Origin: Candidatus Latescibacterota bacterium
GTDB lineage: Bacteria; Latescibacterota; UBA2968; UBA8231
Length of the DNA: 64,000 nt
Assembly: GCA_965204725.1 (NCBI GenBank)
Contig: OZ242005.1
Span: 1,408,001-1,472,000 of the forward strand
Direction of reading: 5' to 3'
Below the pieces are notes generated by a model. The model was not told where the DNA came from. It made no database searches and saw only the letters and a list, made by a program, of their open reading frames with translations. Below are positions 61,109 to 64,000 of this stretch, piece after piece; within the stretch, counting starts at the first letter, position 1; each line of letters opens with the position of its first letter. Made by a program: the position numbers and the translations under genes.

Positions 61109-63457
61109 TCACCGGCTCGGCGTCAACTCTGCTTCCCAGAGGGTGCGGTTGTCTGCGGAAATCCACTGGCCGATATAGATGCGGTCGATGGCATAGGCGG
61201 GGAGTGGGATGATTGCCATACACTGGTCGTCGATTCGCTCGCCGTACCGGTCGAAATAGAAGTCGCGATTTTCCGAGCCGTACGGCTGGCGGTCGGCTGG
61301 CAGGTCGGTCGGGTCGGCCGGGACGACGTGGAAAACGAACTTCGCCTGCGTGTCGGCGGGGGCACACGGCTCTTTGTGGTAAATCAGCTTGCGTCCGGTG
61401 CGGTACACGTTCCAACCGGCGCGGACCACCGGATCGTCGGCCTGTTGGATGAGTTGCTCTACGTAGCGTTGCTGCTGGGCGCGATGCCTTTTCACTTCGG
61501 CGGGGTTGGCCGGCAACTCCGCTTTCCATACGGTGCGTTCCTCTGCGGGAATCCACTGGCCGACATGGATGCGGCGGATGGCATAGGTGGGGAGCGGGAG
61601 GATCACCACACACTGGTCGCCGAGCCAAGAGCCGCGCCAGTCAAAATGGAAGTCGAGATTCTCCGAGCCGTACGGTTGGCGACGGACTGGCAGGTCGGTC
61701 GGGTCGATGGGGACGATGTGCAAGATGGACGTCGCCTGTATGTCGGCGGGGGCACAGGGATCTTTGAAGTAGATCAGCTTGCGTCCTTTGCGGTACACGC
61801 CCCAGCCGGCGCGGCCGACCTGATCGTCGGCCTGTTGGATGAGTTGCTTTACATAGCGTTCTCGCTGGGCGCGATGCCTTTTCGCATCGGAGGGTGCGGC
61901 GGTCGTGCGGCGTAACACAACGCCGTCGGCCAGTTCGGCCACGACTTCCACGCCGGGCAGGACGCGGAGGTCCGTGTTGTCGTAGCCGTGCAGGTCGCGT
62001 CTATGGTCATAGGACCAAACGATATGCGATCCGGCCTCGATCTCGGTCCACCACCGCGTGCGCGGGATATGGCGGTGCTTTCCTGGGGTGGCGGTCCAAT
62101 CCCAAAACCAAGTAAGATGTTTGCTGTAGTTGGTGTAAATCCTGCCCTCGATCTGATTGTCCCGGAGGTAGTTCAGGGTCTCGAACTGTTCCCAATAGGA
62201 GGTGTTGTAATTGTAGGCATGGTAGTATCCGGCTACATAAGCTCGGGCGGTAAGACGGAGGTTTCTGTCCGCTGAGAATCCGACGTGGACAAGGGTGGCG
62301 AGCACGACGAGGGCCGCCAACCCGTAGCGGACGGCCAGCCTCCAGCCCGCTGTCTTGCTGGACAGGAACCGGTCGAGCAGCAACGCGGCCGTCAATAGCA
62401 ACGGCACGTATATCGGCAGCAGGTAGCGGCCGTCGATGGTCTGACCAACCGTGAAGGGCACGACCGCGACCATGAATACGGGGTAGATCCCGGTGAACAC
62501 CCCGAATGGGAGAGCCGGCCCCAACCCAAACGCCAGCGACTTCCCGTCCGTGCCTACGCCGCGACCAGCCCGAACGACGACCGCCCCTGCTGCCCAAACG
62601 ACCAGTCCGGCCACCGGCCACAGCAGATAACCAAACCCGTCTGGCGTACTCGGGGGGACGATCCACGCGCGGAACACCTCGACGATCTGGTGCAGCCCAT
62701 CGGAGAAGGACTGCCCCGAACGATTTGTTCGGTCCCCTGTTGCCAAGTCTAGGTTCCTGGTGGCCGCCCAATTTCGCGCCAATACCGCGAGCAAGGGCAC
62801 AGACGAGATCGCGCCAAAGACGAGCGTGTGCTTCAGCCGAGCGAGGGACACTAGGAGCAGGACGCCGGTGCAGATCAAGGCTACGCCCGGATAGCGGGTT
62901 ATCGCGGCCAGCGCGGTGCAAACCGCCGCCCACCACAGGGACGCATTCGTCCGCCGGTTGAGGAAGTCCGCCAACTGCATCAAGGCGAGGAGCGCGAACA
63001 GGACGAACAGGGAATCGGTCCTGCATAGGGCCGCCTCATGGCTCAAGGGCAGGGAGGCTGAGATGGTCGCGGTGGTGGCTAGCACCAGCCACTGTGACCG
63101 GAGATTGGAGCGCAACCAGCACCCGGCGGCGAGGATGGTCAGCCCGAAGGCGGTGGCGTTGACCCACCGCCCTGCCTCCAGCAGATCGATGCCGACCCAA
63201 CCGCCGGCCGCCAGCAATAGGGGGAACAAGGGCGGCCATAAGGTCAGCGGTTCGCCCGTGAAATCCCGCCAACCCTCTCCGGCGAGGAAGTTTAGGGCCG
63301 TAGAAAGCGAAGCGATGGCGTCTATGTGGACCGAGGGGCCGTAAGTGGCGGTGCGGACGAGGATGTTCGCGGTACCCAGCCCGGCGATAAGGACGATGAG
63401 CAGGGTGGTGCGGTCGCGCCCGAACCGGGCGATCTTCTCGGTGGCGGAGTGTTTCAT
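61109..63457 (-). CDS. Array copy 8: GT-C-like membrane protein, two C-terminal domains
   Basis: Paralog motifs. Confidence 0.75.
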   Translation of the reverse strand: MKHSATEKIARFGRDRTTLLIVLIAGLGTANILVRTATYGPSVHIDAIASLSTALNFLAGEGWRDFTGEPLTLWPPLFPLLLAAGGWVGIDLLEAGRWVNATAFGLTILAAGCWLRSNLRSQWLVLATTATISASLPLSHEAALCRTDSLFVLFALLALMQLADFLNRRTNASLWWAAVCTALAAITRYPGVALICTGVLLLVSLARLKHTLVFGAISSVPLLAVLARNWAATRNLDLATGDRTNRSGQSFSDGLHQIVEVFRAWIVPPSTPDGFGYLLWPVAGLVVWAAGAVVVRAGRGVGTDGKSLAFGLGPALPFGVFTGIYPVFMVAVVPFTVGQTIDGRYLLPIYVPLLLTAALLLDRFLSSKTAGWRLAVRYGLAALVVLATLVHVGFSADRNLRLTARAYVAGYYHAYNYNTSYWEQFETLNYLRDNQIEGRIYTNYSKHLTWFWDWTATPGKHRHIPRTRWWTEIEAGSHIVWSYDHRRDLHGYDNTDLRVLPGVEVVAELADGVVLRRTTAAPSDAKRHRAQRERYVKQLIQQADDQVGRAGWGVYRKGRKLIYFKDPCAPADIQATSILHIVPIDPTDLPVRRQPYGSENLDFHFDWRGSWLGDQCVVILPLPTYAIRRIHVGQWIPAEERTVWKAELPANPAEVKRHRAQQQRYVEQLIQQADDPVVRAGWNVYRTGRKLIYHKEPCAPADTQAKFVFHVVPADPTDLPADRQPYGSENRDFYFDRYGERIDDQCMAIIPLPAYAIDRIYIGQWISADNRTLWEAELTPSR

Positions 63458-63481
63458 TTCAAATCATTTAGGATTGCTATA

Positions 63482-64000
63482 TCACCGGCTCGGCGTCAAC
63501 TCCGCTTCCCAGAGGGTGCGGTTCTCTGCGGAAATCCACTGGCCGATATGGATGCGGTCCATGGCGTAGTTGGGGAGACGGACGATCGCCACACATTGGT
63601 CGCCGAGATAGGAGCCGTACCAGTCGAAATGGAAGTCGAGATTTTCAGAACCGTACCGTTGGCGGTCGGCCCGCAGGTTCGCCAAGTCGGTGGGGACGAC
63701 GTGTAGAACGAACTTCGCCTGCACATCGGCAGGGGCACACGGCTCTTTGCGGTAAATCAGCTTGCGTCCCGTGCGGTACACGTTCCAGCCGGCGCGAACC
63801 ACTCGCTCGTCGGCCTGTTGGATGAGTTGCTGCACGTAGCGTTGCTTCCGGGCGCGATGCCTTTTTCCGTCGAAGGGTCCGTACGCTGTGCGGCGGAGTA
63901 CGACGCCATCGGCCAGTTCGGCCACGATTTCCATGCCGGGCAGGGCACAGAGGTCCGTGACGTCGTAGCCGTAAATATCTCGTCTATAAAACTCCCCGAA
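63482..64000 (-). CDS. Array copy 9 (3' part only; continues beyond window)
   Basis: C-terminal domain and WEAELTPSR* end. Confidence 0.75.
   Translation of the reverse strand, partial: FGEFYRRDIYGYDVTDLCALPGMEIVAELADGVVLRRTAYGPFDGKRHRARKQRYVQQLIQQADERVVRAGWNVYRTGRKLIYRKEPCAPADVQAKFVLHVVPTDLANLRADRQRYGSENLDFHFDWYGSYLGDQCVAIVRLPNYAMDRIHIGQWISAENRTLWEAELTPSR

Larger units (their letters stand above)
45843..64000 (-). repeat. Tandem array of at least 9 paralogous GT-C-like membrane protein genes
   Basis: Repeating 2.0-2.5 kb units sharing long near-identical DNA blocks and a common 3' end (WEAELTPSR*). Confidence 0.95.

Noticed and set aside
53643-61915. Long plus-strand ORFs recurring across the array (for example 53643-54710, 56402-57394, 60950-61915)
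   Set aside because: Antisense shadows of GC-rich coding sequence, repeated only because the genes are repeated
47812-63481. Junction elements as CRISPR repeats or integron attC sites
   Set aside because: Spacing is 2-2.5 kb of paralogous coding DNA, no cas or intI gene is present, and the element lacks the RYYYAAC...GTTRRRY palindromic structure
45843-64000. Diversity-generating retroelement as the source of variation
   Set aside because: No reverse transcriptase or template repeat in the window; variation is spread over internal loops, includes indels and is not visibly adenine-restricted

Overview
GC-rich bacterial chromosomal window, probably a metagenome-assembled genome; the taxon cannot be fixed from sequence alone. 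The first 45 kb holds mostly recognisable genes: pstCAB-phoU-phoBR; a sugar-acid catabolic operon interrupted by a low-GC SfiI-like type II restriction-modification pair; several intact or broken toxin-antitoxin modules; ispG; a surface-polysaccharide modification cluster; a fused indolepyruvate:ferredoxin oxidoreductase; a metal-homeostasis locus (ZIP, DUF318 permease, RGPP leader, His/Asp lipoprotein, TonB-dependent receptor); groES-groEL behind a consensus sigma-54 promoter; and nucleotide-sugar genes. The standout feature is the last 18 kb (45843 to the window end): a head-to-tail array of at least nine paralogous 2.0-2.4 kb genes. Each encodes a GT-C (ArnT/PMT-like) polytopic membrane protein with one or two copies of an uncharacterised Cys-containing C-terminal domain. 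Units are joined by a conserved AT-rich 24-bp element (TATAGCVATCCTAMATGANTYGMA on the minus strand) that persists even where the downstream gene start is unrelated. The paralogs are mosaics of one another, with variation concentrated in predicted active-site loops. This looks like a cassette-like diversification array for cell-surface modification. No tRNA, rRNA, CRISPR array, integrase or transposase was seen.
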